The notes beneath the pieces were generated by a model. The model made no database searches. It was not told the origin of the DNA and saw only the letters and a list, made by a program, of their open reading frames with translations. A DNA stretch of 59,656 nt, filler included, from Sanchytrium tribonematis (taxonomy: Eukaryota), in the NCBI GenBank assembly GCA_018985235.1. It is 5 parts of 5 records of this genome, joined end to end, with 100 filler letters (N's around TTAATTAATTAA, not from the genome) between each part and the next. Parts side by side here need not be neighbours in the genome. Positions count along the whole stretch, not along the records: positions 6,961 to 38,812 come from JADGIG010000047.1; positions 38,913 to 45,769 come from JADGIG010000488.1; positions 45,870 to 52,719 come from JADGIG010000489.1; 2 more parts are not named here. One strand, written 5' to 3'. A program made the translations under genes and the position numbers. Every line of letters begins with the position of its first letter. Position 1 is the first letter of the stretch. Shown here in pieces: positions 36,428-46,618 of this stretch.

Positions 36428-38009
36428 ATGAATTCCTCTATTGCAGTGGACCTTAAATTAAGTTGCCAGGGTCTTAAAAACAAAGACACATTCAGTAAGA
36501 GCGACCCATATATCGTGGTGTTCGAAGATTCTCGGATATTGGGGAAGACCGAAATAATCAAAGACAATTTATCCCCTGCGTTTACCAAATCCATTCAGCT
36601 GGATTATTATTTTGAAAAGGTGCAAAAGCTTCATTTTGAAATTCGTGATGATGATGGGAATGAAAAGTATGATCATCTGGGAGAAGCTAAAGTGGTGCTC
36701 TGTGACATCGTCACTGCAGGACCTGATGGGTTTGAGGTGCCAATTTTGATAAATGGAAAATCTCACGGAAAGCTAAAAATCAAGGCCCGAGAAATCAAAA
36801 AAGAAATGTTAAATGCATATGTAAAATTTTCTTTGAGTTGTACAAAATTGGATAAAAAAGATTTATTCGGAAAAAGTGACCCTTATTTACTTTTGTTTAA
36901 AATTGACAAAGATGGAAGTTTGAACAAGGTTCATAAAACTGAAATAATCAAAAATACGTATGATCCAAATTTTCAGTCATTTAAATTACCACTTTCTGAT
37001 GTCGGCGAGGAAAAAGTACGACTGGAATGTTGGGATTGGGACAGAAGCTCCAAGGATGACATAATCGGTGCATGTGAATTCAATATGCAAGACTTTAAAA
37101 GTAAGGATGAGTATTCAGAGATTGAACTCTTCAATCCTACAAAAAAGAGTGGCAAAAGAGCCGGAATTTTGATAATTAAAAAAATTTATATACATAAAAA
37201 TTGGTCATTTATAGACTTTATACAATCTGGTACGCAATTGTGCTTCTCGGTAGCAATTGATTACACTGCAAGTAACGGGGAAATGGACAAACCAGGATCG
37301 TTGCATTATGTTGGTTCACAAAATCAACCTAGCCAAGTTCCCACTTTATATGAACAAGCAATACAAAGTATTGGAGGTATTTTAGAATATTATGATAACG
37401 ATAAACAGTTTCCATGTTATGGATTTGGTGCCAAATTTCCAAATGGAAAAGTGTCTCATGATTTTCACTTAAATTTTAATGACAACGATCCAAATGTTTT
37501 AGGTGTTCCAGGAATTTTAACTGCTTATCGAAATTGTCTAATGAATGTCAGGCTCTTTGGTCCTACGGTAATATACATTAACATAGAATTGCGCACCTAT
37601 TATTCGCAAGATGATTAGTGTATGCAAACAAGAAGGAAAAGGTGCAGAGAAGTATTTTATTCTATTGATTTGTACAGATGGGGAATTAACAGATATGGAT
37701 GAGACAATTGAGGCAATAGTCGATGCTTGTGGAAGTCCTTTATCAATTGTGATTGTAGGTATTGGAACCGCTGATTTTGGAAAAATGAAAGTATTGGACG
37801 GTGATGAGGAAGGACTTAAGGATAAAAAGGGTCGGGCAGCCTCCAGAGACATTGTTCAGTTTGTTGCCATGAAGAATTATATGGATTTAAATGCCATAAA
37901 TGTACAGCTGCCCAGTGATTTACTAGCTGAGGTTCCAAAACAACTTCTTGACTACATGCAATTAAGAGAAGTAGGTCCAGTTTTTGAATTACCACCTGGT
38001 GAATTGTAA
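36428..38009 (+). CDS. Copine (C2-C2-vWA); exons 36428-37567 and 37587-38009
   Basis: Two KSDPY C2 domains, AIDYTASNG, spliced GPTNCAPII, RDIVQFV. Confidence 0.93.
37568..37586 (+). other. 19-nt intron GTAATATACATTAACATAG
   Basis: Restores the copine GPTNxAPII motif. Confidence 0.93.
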
Positions 38010-38011
38010 AA

Positions 38012-38383
38012 TCATGACATAAATTTATTGTTTAAACGGAAATTTTCTTCTGGTTCGTCTATATATGGTCGAAGAATATCTCGTAATTCTTCCAAATAAT
38101 CTTCTATAGTTACAACTCTTCTGTGAATTTCTCTTCTGGACTGCCTTAATTGTGATAACATCTTTGTCGACTGACGAACAACTCTTTCGTGGGTATAATT
38201 CGATGTATTTGTATCATAATATTCTGCAAGTTCCTGTTTTAATATTCGCAAGCTTGAGGGCTTCATGAAGAACAGGCAATTGTTTGAACAGGGGTTAAAT
38301 AATGAATCTTGATTGATTTTTTGGTTTGATTGGTGTTTAAAATATGATAAAGGCGATGTCAGGGCTCGTGTTTGATTGCCCAA
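38012..38383 (-). CDS. Hypothetical protein, start uncertain
   Basis: ORF with helical C-terminus; no family recognised. Confidence 0.35.
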   Translation of the reverse strand: MGNQTRALTSPLSYFKHQSNQKINQDSLFNPCSNNCLFFMKPSSLRILKQELAEYYDTNTSNYTHERVVRQSTKMLSQLRQSRREIHRRVVTIEDYLEELRDILRPYIDEPEENFRLNNKFMS

Positions 38384-38477
38384 ATTATTAGCCAGCTCTA
38401 GATCTGATGTGACACTCGAACAGACATTTCAGACAATGAAAATTACAAATACATACCATGCAGGTAAGTCATAATCA

Positions 38478-38812
38478 ATGACTGACTATCAATCTTTCAA
38501 GTCCCAAACCAAAGAAGAAAACTCTATGGATAATTTAAAGAATGATCCCATGGTCAATAATATATTGAGCGGAATAGACGATTCCTCGAATCAAATTAAA
38601 GATTCGAATTTGAGAACTACAAGTCCAAATCTATTAGCAATACCCCTATCTCCGACTCGAAATAATATCAACAATAATCTTAAAGGTGATGCGAATGATC
38701 AGCAGCATCCTAATGCTGGAGGGGGATTGAATAACAACACATTTGAATTAATAGATTCCGACCCTCGTTCATCTGATATGAATGTTATATTTATTAATGA
38801 TACGTTGCAGTG
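38478..38812 (+). CDS. Hypothetical Asn-rich protein, truncated at contig end
   Basis: Open frame running to the linker; no motif. Confidence 0.35.
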
Positions 38813-38912
38813 NNNNNNNNNNNNNNNNNNNNNNNNNNNNNNNNNNNNNNNNNNNNTTAATTAATTAANNNNNNNNNNNNNNNNNNNNNNNNNNNNNNNN
38901 NNNNNNNNNNNN
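38813..38912. other. Artificial contig linker
   Basis: 44N-TTAATTAATTAA-44N. Confidence 0.98.
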
Positions 38913-39458
38913 TCGTTGCTCGAATTGGATCAATGGGAGTAGAATATCAGTGATTTGACCACCTACAACACGTCCCTTCTCATTATACTTGACATTGAAG
39001 AGTAATCCACTATTTGGAGCAGATTTGGTAGTAAATGCTTTGAAAATGGTTAATGATGCTTGTAATTTAGAGTGCACCTTCTCATCTCTCTTGGTTGCTT
39101 GTAGAGGTGCGCCTAATTGACATAAATAATCTAGGGAGTGTTCTAAAACCAATTGTTTCCCTTGAACATCCTGGCCATTCAAGATAATAGACTGGTCTTT
39201 GCCGGTTCTGCGTAATCCGAGATAGGCTCTATTTAACAATGTGAATAAATGATCATCTAGCCACTTATTCCCCGTGCTATCTTTGTATCCTTTGAGATAA
39301 TCACTCGAATCCGGGATTTGGGTGATTCCACTGGCGAGTACCACTCTGGTACCTACTCCAATGAATGAGTTGGGATTGGATTTCAACTGTAATGCCACTT
39401 GTTCCTTGTTGATTTCATTCAACTGCAGCAAATTAGAACATTTTTTGTTCTTTGGCAT
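38913..39458 (-). CDS. Myosin motor-like N-terminus, probably of a class V/VII chitin synthase (truncated)
   Basis: LNRAYLGLRRTGKDQSIILNGQDVQGK resembles chitin synthase myosin-like domains, with a degenerate P-loop. Confidence 0.65.
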
Positions 39459-39955
39459 TTGTCAGAGGGGGAAGAGACGGTGATCTGATCACGTTCGATG
39501 AAAGGAGAGACACGATCCAATCATGTGTACAGGGGATGAGTTGATAACGTATGATTGATGGTAGAAATGAAACCTATAGGTTCGATCACGTTGATTCATT
39601 GGTGAAGAAATGATAAACTGAAATTGGATGGCGCAATCCATTATTTTAGAGGGTGTTTCAATGATTATTTGTACCATTTTGAGGTATCACAGGCCATTAA
39701 TAGGACTACAATGTGTGAAATGACAATATTTTGACATGAAATGAGTGATCCTTGCACATTATGAACGGTATGATCACTTTGTCGCAATTTGGAGAGTTGG
39801 GTGCGTCATGATGAGTCACAATACGGTATTCTGTGTAACATGGTATACATTAAATAGTTTGTGACCTAAATAAGACTCGCTGACCTATTATTCCTGTTTT
39901 AAATGCGATCAAAGATGATTAAAAGTCGATTTAATCTCCGTGAAACTACAGTCAA

Positions 39956-40569
39956 ATGTCTCGAGTTCAATTGTTGGGATGGATCAATGGAATTACTGGT
40001 GCGAATTGCACAAAGATAGAAGATTTGGGAAAAGGGGATGTCTATTTACAATTATTTGCAGCTTACTTCCCAGAAACACCTATTGCAAAAGCCATTATTC
40101 GACCAAATCAAGAATACCAATATCGTCAAAATTGGAAATACTTGCAAATTATATTTGATAAATACCAAATACCAGTAGCTGTGAACGTTGAGAAGCTTGT
40201 AAAGTGCAAATTTCAAGATAATGTGGAATTCTGCCAATTGGTGAAGAAGTTTCTAGATGGGGAGAATGCAAATCCATCTCCTCGTGTGACTCATGAATCC
40301 GCTAGCAGTGTATCTAGCACACGTATTGAAATACTCATCTAGGTCAACGAAACACTTCTAAACCAAGCAGAGCCAATAGTGGTGTATCTACTAAAGAAAG
40401 AGAGACATTAGCAGCATTAGAGCAAGAAAGAGACTTTTATTTCTCAAAATTGCGTGAAATTGAATTATTATGCCAATCAGTCCCCAAAACTGAATTCGTT
40501 GATCAAGTATTGGAAATCATGTATAAAACACAAGAGGGATTTGCAGGTCCTGATGAAGAAACCTTTTAA
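39956..40569 (+). CDS. BIM1: EB1/Bim1 microtubule plus-end binding protein; exons 39956-40322 and 40343-40569
   Basis: CH domain MSRVQLLGWIN...KFQDNVEF; spliced LEQERDFYFSKLREIE and EETF tail. Confidence 0.94.
40323..40342 (+). other. 20-nt intron GTATTGAAATACTCATCTAG
   Basis: Removal joins the CH domain to the EB1 C-terminal domain. Confidence 0.92.
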
Positions 40570-40624
40570 TAAATGGATTTCTCCTAACCATCTAAAAAGT
40601 TCTCCAGTCCACCTTTGAAACAAC

Positions 40625-41281
40625 ATGTTGAAGGAAATTCTTTTGACCACCGTGGGTGTCTTCACCATTTTAATCACCATCCGATATAGAAATAACGCGG
40701 TCAAACCATCTAAATCCAACAAGAAAGACCCCCCTACTGACTCTACAGACTTGGGAGCGAATCTCTCTATGGATTGGTCTACGATTCTCCCAGACGCGTT
40801 AAGCGAGTCCAAGCAAATATATACGGATGTTGACCATTCCTCTAACTCTGTACATTCAGGACATTCAGTGAATCACCCATCGAATCATTCAGATCAACTG
40901 AATCGAGTCAATAGACAAAACAAATCAGCAAACCATTCTAGATCCAGTTCACGCTCATCCAAGCAATTTAAAGGCAAGGTACGTTGTAAATACTTTCCAG
41001 ACTGCAAATATGACAAATGCGTCTTTCAAACAACAGTTCCAAATGACCCTAAAAATCCTCAATTTTGTGATTTCTGGCATCCTGACATCAAATGCAATAA
41101 AAACAACGAGTGCCAATATGAAAACCATTGCATGTTTTACCATGACAAGGACTTTTTAATTGAAAATAGACCATTTCACGCGTCTAAATCAACTGGCGGT
41201 AAACGAGTGCAATCTCTTGAAGTATTATTAGCTCAAAATGCAGACTTGAGCAAACTAAATGATCCGTATGTGGATTTATAA
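40625..41281 (+). CDS. N-terminal TM protein with CCCH-like zinc fingers
   Basis: Hydrophobic N-terminus; CKYFPDC...C, CDFWH, CNKNNECQYENHCMFYH. Confidence 0.65.
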   Translation: MLKEILLTTVGVFTILITIRYRNNAVKPSKSNKKDPPTDSTDLGANLSMDWSTILPDALSESKQIYTDVDHSSNSVHSGHSVNHPSNHSDQLNRVNRQNKSANHSRSSSRSSKQFKGKVRCKYFPDCKYDKCVFQTTVPNDPKNPQFCDFWHPDIKCNKNNECQYENHCMFYHDKDFLIENRPFHASKSTGGKRVQSLEVLLAQNADLSKLNDPYVDL

Positions 41282-41458
41282 TAAATGCGATTTATTAGTT
41301 GTTAAACAGTCAGATTTCCCATTAACCAATCAAAATGAGATCAAGTTGATTGGCTAGCCAAAGCATCTAGCAAGAAATTAATTAAATGAGATTGGTTAAT
41401 AATTAATCAGTAAATCTTGCTTTCCTATTTAAATGGAACCAGCACCCATTATTACCAG

Positions 41459-41833
41459 ATGCTTTCTTTCTTCACAATCTCAGCAGTTCCATCATATTCA
41501 AAAACAGATACTATAGTTGTCAAAACGTATGGTAAGCCAAAGCACATTGTCTCAAAACAAATTGTTCCCAAACTCGACTTGTACTGTGCTGTATCGCAAT
41601 GGACCAAGAGCCTTTTTTGTACCAACTACTCCGATCAAAAGAAATGGTATAAAATTCAAGTCAGTAACGTCGATTTTGTTGCAATTGATGTGGATAATGA
41701 TCATAAAGTATGCGCATATATATTATTTTCAAAGGGTAACCCTGATGAATTGCCAGCTTATACTACAAAATGTTTTACAATCCAAGGAAACAAATTCAAT
41801 GGAACAGATGCTGCAACACAAATTCCAAAATAA
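41459..41833 (+). CDS. Small secreted Cys-containing protein (family member 1)
   Basis: MLSFFTISA signal; paralog at 45585-45769 supports that it is coding. Confidence 0.7.
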   Translation: MLSFFTISAVPSYSKTDTIVVKTYGKPKHIVSKQIVPKLDLYCAVSQWTKSLFCTNYSDQKKWYKIQVSNVDFVAIDVDNDHKVCAYILFSKGNPDELPAYTTKCFTIQGNKFNGTDAATQIPK

Positions 41834-41846
41834 AACAATTTGCCAT

Positions 41847-43579
41847 TTATTGCGTAATTCTTTCCATCATCTCTGTATCCCATCCTACTATTTTGATATG
41901 TTCAATAGAGGTAGGAAATTGAAAATTAAATGCGTCTTTTTTCAATGATTCAATATTCCCATTCATCAAATACTGTCTCCAAATCAAATCAAATCCGGTG
42001 TGTTTATTTTCATCCACATGTCCCATTTCTGGAACATTAGAGCGTAAACCATTTACAAATACATCCACAGTATCTAAATGCAATGGCTTGTGGTCTAAAT
42101 ACTTTCCCAAATCCAGCAACATCTTGAATTGATCCTTGCTCTTTTTCGATTCCAAATAAAATGCTGTAACACGCTTTAAATACTCATTATAAAGTAATAC
42201 AAACAAGACATCTTGCCTCAATGCTTGATAAGCTCTGTGAGTGAATTTTGAAATCAATTTCTCATGAACTGTCATTTGAAACAATTTCACATTTTCAGTC
42301 AAATAATCCAAAATACACATCATTTGGGATGAACAACATGGATATTTAATAGTATCCAATGCAGAATAGATCATATTGCTAATATCTTTGACATATTTCT
42401 TGTTTGATTTGACATGTTCCTTGTTGAAATATTCCAATAATGATTTAATGCAAATGGGATGCAATTTAACATTATTCGCTAATTGCACTCTTATTTCCTC
42501 GTAATGCATCCATTTACATGCATGTTGAACAAATGATTCTGCGATCATGGCATAATCTGGATCTCGATCTTGAGATGCTTGATTTAATAATTTCACATAT
42601 TTCTTGAAATAATGACCATTTTCAGACATTTCATTTAAAATCTGGGGTTGTTCATCTACTTTACGGTACATGTACTTGTCACATACGCTAATTGTGAGTC
42701 TGTAGTCCATCAATACTTGCTGCATGACGCCTACCACATCTCTGAGAAAATCCAATTCACGGCAATAAATATCGTAATTATCATTACATCTAATGATTCT
42801 CATATAGTGCTTGTCAATATCATACTCTTCCAATGTTGTTTGTAATTTATTGAAAATATGGGCATCTAATTGAACTAAAATCAAGTCTCCAATGAGTGAA
42901 ATAATGTCAGATCCAGTGGGAATTCTAAATGTAACACTGTGATGTGACATTCTCTTACTGCTGTATCAAGCGCAACAGCCCATGATCTGGAGGCTGTATT
43001 GTTTTGAGAATCTTGAAAATTTTGATTCGCTTCTTGAATATTCTTAAATGTCAAAGAGTCCAACATATGGGTGTAGACTGAGCCATAGAAGTTGCGTATG
43101 TCAAATCTACAGGTGTAACGACCTGCGAATGAATCTGTCAATTCTTTTCTATATTCCTTGATACCATCATTGCTGGTAGAAAAGAGATGAAAAATCTTTC
43201 TTGATTCTTTCCAAGCCGTTGTAAGACTTTGAGGATTTAAAGATATATCATTGGTGCTTAAACACTCTTCCATTTTCTCGCAAAGCAACTTGTACTTAAA
43301 GGGATGGATTAAATACATGAAAATGGGAGTGTCTTTGTATTTGTAGTGGATAAATGGGATTGGACGAGTAAAACTAACTTCTGATTCATTTTCCTGAACA
43401 ATATTTTTAGTCTTAAACTTGTTTGGCATGACATTTGGAAAATAATAGCCCTTAAATTTAAAATTCACCTGTCCACTTGAAGAAGCAGCTTTAGCATCAA
43501 GGTGATTCCAGAGATCTATTTTAGAATCATGGTGCTTCAGTTCTAAAATTGGTGGAGATGTTGATTCATCTGATGACAT
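41847..43579 (-). pseudogene. Bacterial Abi/UG-type reverse transcriptase homolog, frameshifted near 42945, degenerate active site
   Basis: GYYFPNVMP, HPFKY, FDIRNFYGSVYTH, LDTAVREC/(fs)/HSVTFRIPTGSDIISLIGDLIL, RCNDNY at the YxDD position, helical C-terminus; about 576 aa if rejoined. Confidence 0.75.
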
Positions 43580-43612
43580 TTGAGGAGAACAAAGAAGGTT
43601 TTAAAAAATAAT

Positions 43613-44911
43613 TTATTTCTCAAAAATACATCTCATTTCAAAGCTTTTTCGATTATTTTCCAGTTCTATTGGTAATTTCTTTTTGAAATCATGTAAATCT
43701 ACTGCTTTATGACCTAATTCTAGTGAATCAAACCATAATATATCACCAAATTGCATTTTATCCCAAATACACAAATCATGTTTCTGTCTACCAAAATGTA
43801 AAAATGGGTCATTATGCGTCAATTTACGTTGTAATCCCAAATCACGTTTAAAATCAGCTTCAGTTAATGGTTTTTTCATAAATCCCAGTGGATAATTAGA
43901 AACGGGTCCATTTTGAAGAGGCGCCCATAAATTGACCATTGTAAATTGTTGTCTGACATCTTCAGCAGATTTTTGCATAAATGGTTTCCAATAATTGACC
44001 ATCTCGTTATATTTCTCTAAATAAAGTGGATTTGTGGGGTCTTTTTGCAAATAATACATCAATTGCTCAATTTGAAAATCAATATTGACTCCAAATCGTT
44101 CTCTTAGTGCTGGTGCACCATCAATATGGTACGGATTCCCTAAATACCCTGCATAGTTAGATTGTGATGCAATGCTACCAGGATTTGGTGGAAATCTGAA
44201 ATTGCCACTCGTACAAAGCACTTTTTTGTTAAATTTAATTTTCAATAAATCACTAATAACGAGTCCCAATTGGAAATTCAAATGCTCGGTCTCGCTCTTA
44301 ATCGTGTGGTCTTTTCTATTATAGTCATAGTCATCTACATGATGCTTGATTTCTGCCAATATTTTCAATAATTGCAATTCCAATTTCCTAGATGGATTGG
44401 ATTCTGTTCGTATGGCTTGATTGAGTCCATCTCTATCTCTAAATCCGTCTTTATATGTATATTTAAATGCTTGTAGGACATCTCTATAAGAAATAGCCTC
44501 AAATTTATCAATTAATAAATTGGATGGATTGATATTTGGATCAATATCTACTAAAGTAATTTGCCGATGCTTGATATCAGTCTCATCAGGATTCTGTTGA
44601 TGGTGGATTGTAAATAAGTCTGATTTAATGGGATCTTTAATGACTGGATTATTAAAATCTGAATTTTCAAATTTTGGCAATGATCTTAAAAGGGGCTTCG
44701 TGGATGATGTTGCGTATAATCTCGAATTTCTTGATTTGGAATATCTAGCAGTGCGGTACATGACATCACTGTCTGGTAACTGACGAAATGAGCCAGTTCT
44801 CTGTGGTACTGAGGGTTGATTCAATGGAAGAATACTAGATTTTAAAGGGCTGCTCTGAGAAATATGCGTAATATCAAATGCATTCACAATACCTATTAGT
44901 ATTTGAATCAT
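43613..44911 (-). CDS. CmcJ/NvfI/AsaB-like 2OG-Fe(II) oxygenase with long N-terminal extension
   Basis: HID, VNLWAPL..PVSNYPL, MQFGDILWFDS, HKA, RKSFEMR. Confidence 0.7.
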   Translation of the reverse strand: MIQILIGIVNAFDITHISQSSPLKSSILPLNQPSVPQRTGSFRQLPDSDVMYRTARYSKSRNSRLYATSSTKPLLRSLPKFENSDFNNPVIKDPIKSDLFTIHHQQNPDETDIKHRQITLVDIDPNINPSNLLIDKFEAISYRDVLQAFKYTYKDGFRDRDGLNQAIRTESNPSRKLELQLLKILAEIKHHVDDYDYNRKDHTIKSETEHLNFQLGLVISDLLKIKFNKKVLCTSGNFRFPPNPGSIASQSNYAGYLGNPYHIDGAPALRERFGVNIDFQIEQLMYYLQKDPTNPLYLEKYNEMVNYWKPFMQKSAEDVRQQFTMVNLWAPLQNGPVSNYPLGFMKKPLTEADFKRDLGLQRKLTHNDPFLHFGRQKHDLCIWDKMQFGDILWFDSLELGHKAVDLHDFKKKLPIELENNRKSFEMRCIFEK

Positions 44912-45250
44912 TAAAAAGATGGACTTGTACGCTTATAAATGGACCATGACGAGATATCAATTACCAAATATTTAATCATGTAAAAGATTGATTGGTCAAC
45001 GTTGCAGGGGAATGTATAAAATGATGTTATAATTTTGCACTGCAAAATAATGGCGAGATATTGCTCAAGGATGATCTTTTGATGACTCATCACGCCATGT
45101 CGATTTGAAACGATTATCTGCCACAAATGACTCGATTTGTGACCTGGAGATTGAAATTGACACCCTACATGGTATATCAATTTGCCACTCAGCCACATGT
45201 CTATAAAATGTGCCCTACTTAATAGATCGAAGCCCATCTGCAATCAAAAC

Positions 45251-45592
45251 ATGTTGAATTTGCCATTTCCAGAAAGAACTTATGAAGACAGATATTTGAC
45301 CCCATCCCAGCCTATTGTATTACAGAATAGTGATGAATATAGGGAATTATATCAGTATTATGAGCAATTGTGCTGTTTGATGTTGGATGAGGATCCTTAT
45401 AAAATCGATTGGTCAGAGATTCGAGAATTGGCCGCTATGAAAGAAACCTTAATAGACTATGTGTTGAATGTTGACAGGAGTTTGTCATTGCCGGAAGTGA
45501 TGGGCATGATGTATCATTACAGTGAACAGCTTAAAGTGGTCATCCGAAATCGATTAGCCGAAGAAGCAGCAATAAATGCAAGTTTTACTTAG
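45251..45592 (+). CDS. Hypothetical protein
   Basis: ATG ORF with protein-like composition; no family recognised. Confidence 0.5.
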   Translation: MLNLPFPERTYEDRYLTPSQPIVLQNSDEYRELYQYYEQLCCLMLDEDPYKIDWSEIRELAAMKETLIDYVLNVDRSLSLPEVMGMMYHYSEQLKVVIRNRLAEEAAINASFT

Positions 45593-45769
45593 GAATTTCG
45601 GCTGCATCCTTTTTACCATTAAATGTACCATGGATGGTAATACATTTAGATGTATAGGATGGCAATTCATTCTTATTTCCAGCACCAATTAATTGTAATG
45701 CACAAATCTGGGGAGAAATAATTGATAATGAATCTACCTCATCAAATGGCATTTTAAACCATTCTTTGG
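45585..45769 (-). CDS. 3' end of small secreted protein paralog (family member 2), truncated by contig end
   Basis: KEWFKM...ICALQL...GNKNELPSYTSKCITIHGTFNGKKDAAEIPK* vs KKWYKI...VCAYIL...GNPDELPAYTTKCFTIQGNKFNGTDAATQIPK*. Confidence 0.8.
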
Positions 45770-45869
45770 NNNNNNNNNNNNNNNNNNNNNNNNNNNNNNN
45801 NNNNNNNNNNNNNTTAATTAATTAANNNNNNNNNNNNNNNNNNNNNNNNNNNNNNNNNNNNNNNNNNNN
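45770..45869. other. Artificial contig linker
   Basis: 44N-TTAATTAATTAA-44N. Confidence 0.98.
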
Positions 45870-46047
45870 ACGGGGTGGGAATCCCATGTGCTGTAGCTTT
45901 TGCCTTTTTTATTCATGACTTTGGCATATCGGTTTGACATTTAAGGCTATCGATTTCACATTTTGCACATCTGGGTATGTACCCAATCAAATACTACCGT
46001 CACGCCGTTTGTTTATTCTATATAAGGCGGACGAACATCGTATACTC

Positions 46048-46575
46048 ATGGACAACACTGCTACACATACCACTACAAAAATGTGCGACACTGCAACTCA
46101 ATGCGAGATACTAAAAGTCTCATGGCTACGTAAGCTTATGAATGCAACCAAACGAAAAGCAAGAATGATATTGAATAAGCAAAAAGTTGGAAATGTCACA
46201 AATATAAAAGAATGCAACCAACCTCCAAATCATCAAAGTCAAGATATGGAGAATATTAAAAATTTAAATACGATTCCCGAGTTTCCACAAGGCTTGTTGG
46301 ATTTGAAATTAGTATCCCCAGCCAATAAGATTGTAAAAACAACTTATTATCCACAAAATGTGGTTGCTCGTTCAATTTTTAAAAACAAAGACAAGTTCTT
46401 GAATGAAATTCAACAATTTCAATTTAACAAATTAAAAAGTGTCAGCATTGTGAAAAAGAGATCCTTTTTAAAGTCAAACGAAGAATTTGGAGCATTGAGA
46501 AAAAGGCTACAAACCATCAGGACTCGTGCATGCACCAATGACTCGTGTGCCTCACAGTCAAGCGATTGGAATTAA
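46048..46575 (+). CDS. Hypothetical protein with WH2/WCA-like C-terminus
   Basis: FLNEIQQFQFNKLKSV, GALRKRLQTIR, terminal SDWN; TATA-like sequence about 28 nt upstream. Confidence 0.5.
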   Translation: MDNTATHTTTKMCDTATQCEILKVSWLRKLMNATKRKARMILNKQKVGNVTNIKECNQPPNHQSQDMENIKNLNTIPEFPQGLLDLKLVSPANKIVKTTYYPQNVVARSIFKNKDKFLNEIQQFQFNKLKSVSIVKKRSFLKSNEEFGALRKRLQTIRTRACTNDSCASQSSDWN

Positions 46576-46618
46576 TTTGGTCAAAAATAAATTTTTTAAG
46601 AATAATTTATCCAAAACT

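Noticed and set aside
38464..38501. Possible 38-nt intron GTAAGT...CTGAC...AAG after ATG CAG
   Set aside because: It is in frame but not needed (ATG at 38478 is available), lacks TNAYNTAG, and has no homology support.
42925..42958. Tiny intron repairing the RT frameshift
   Set aside because: Candidate GT-AG pairs of 13, 22, 24 and 34 nt give the wrong frame or a stop. The in-frame pair I found is 11 nt and does not fit the consensus.
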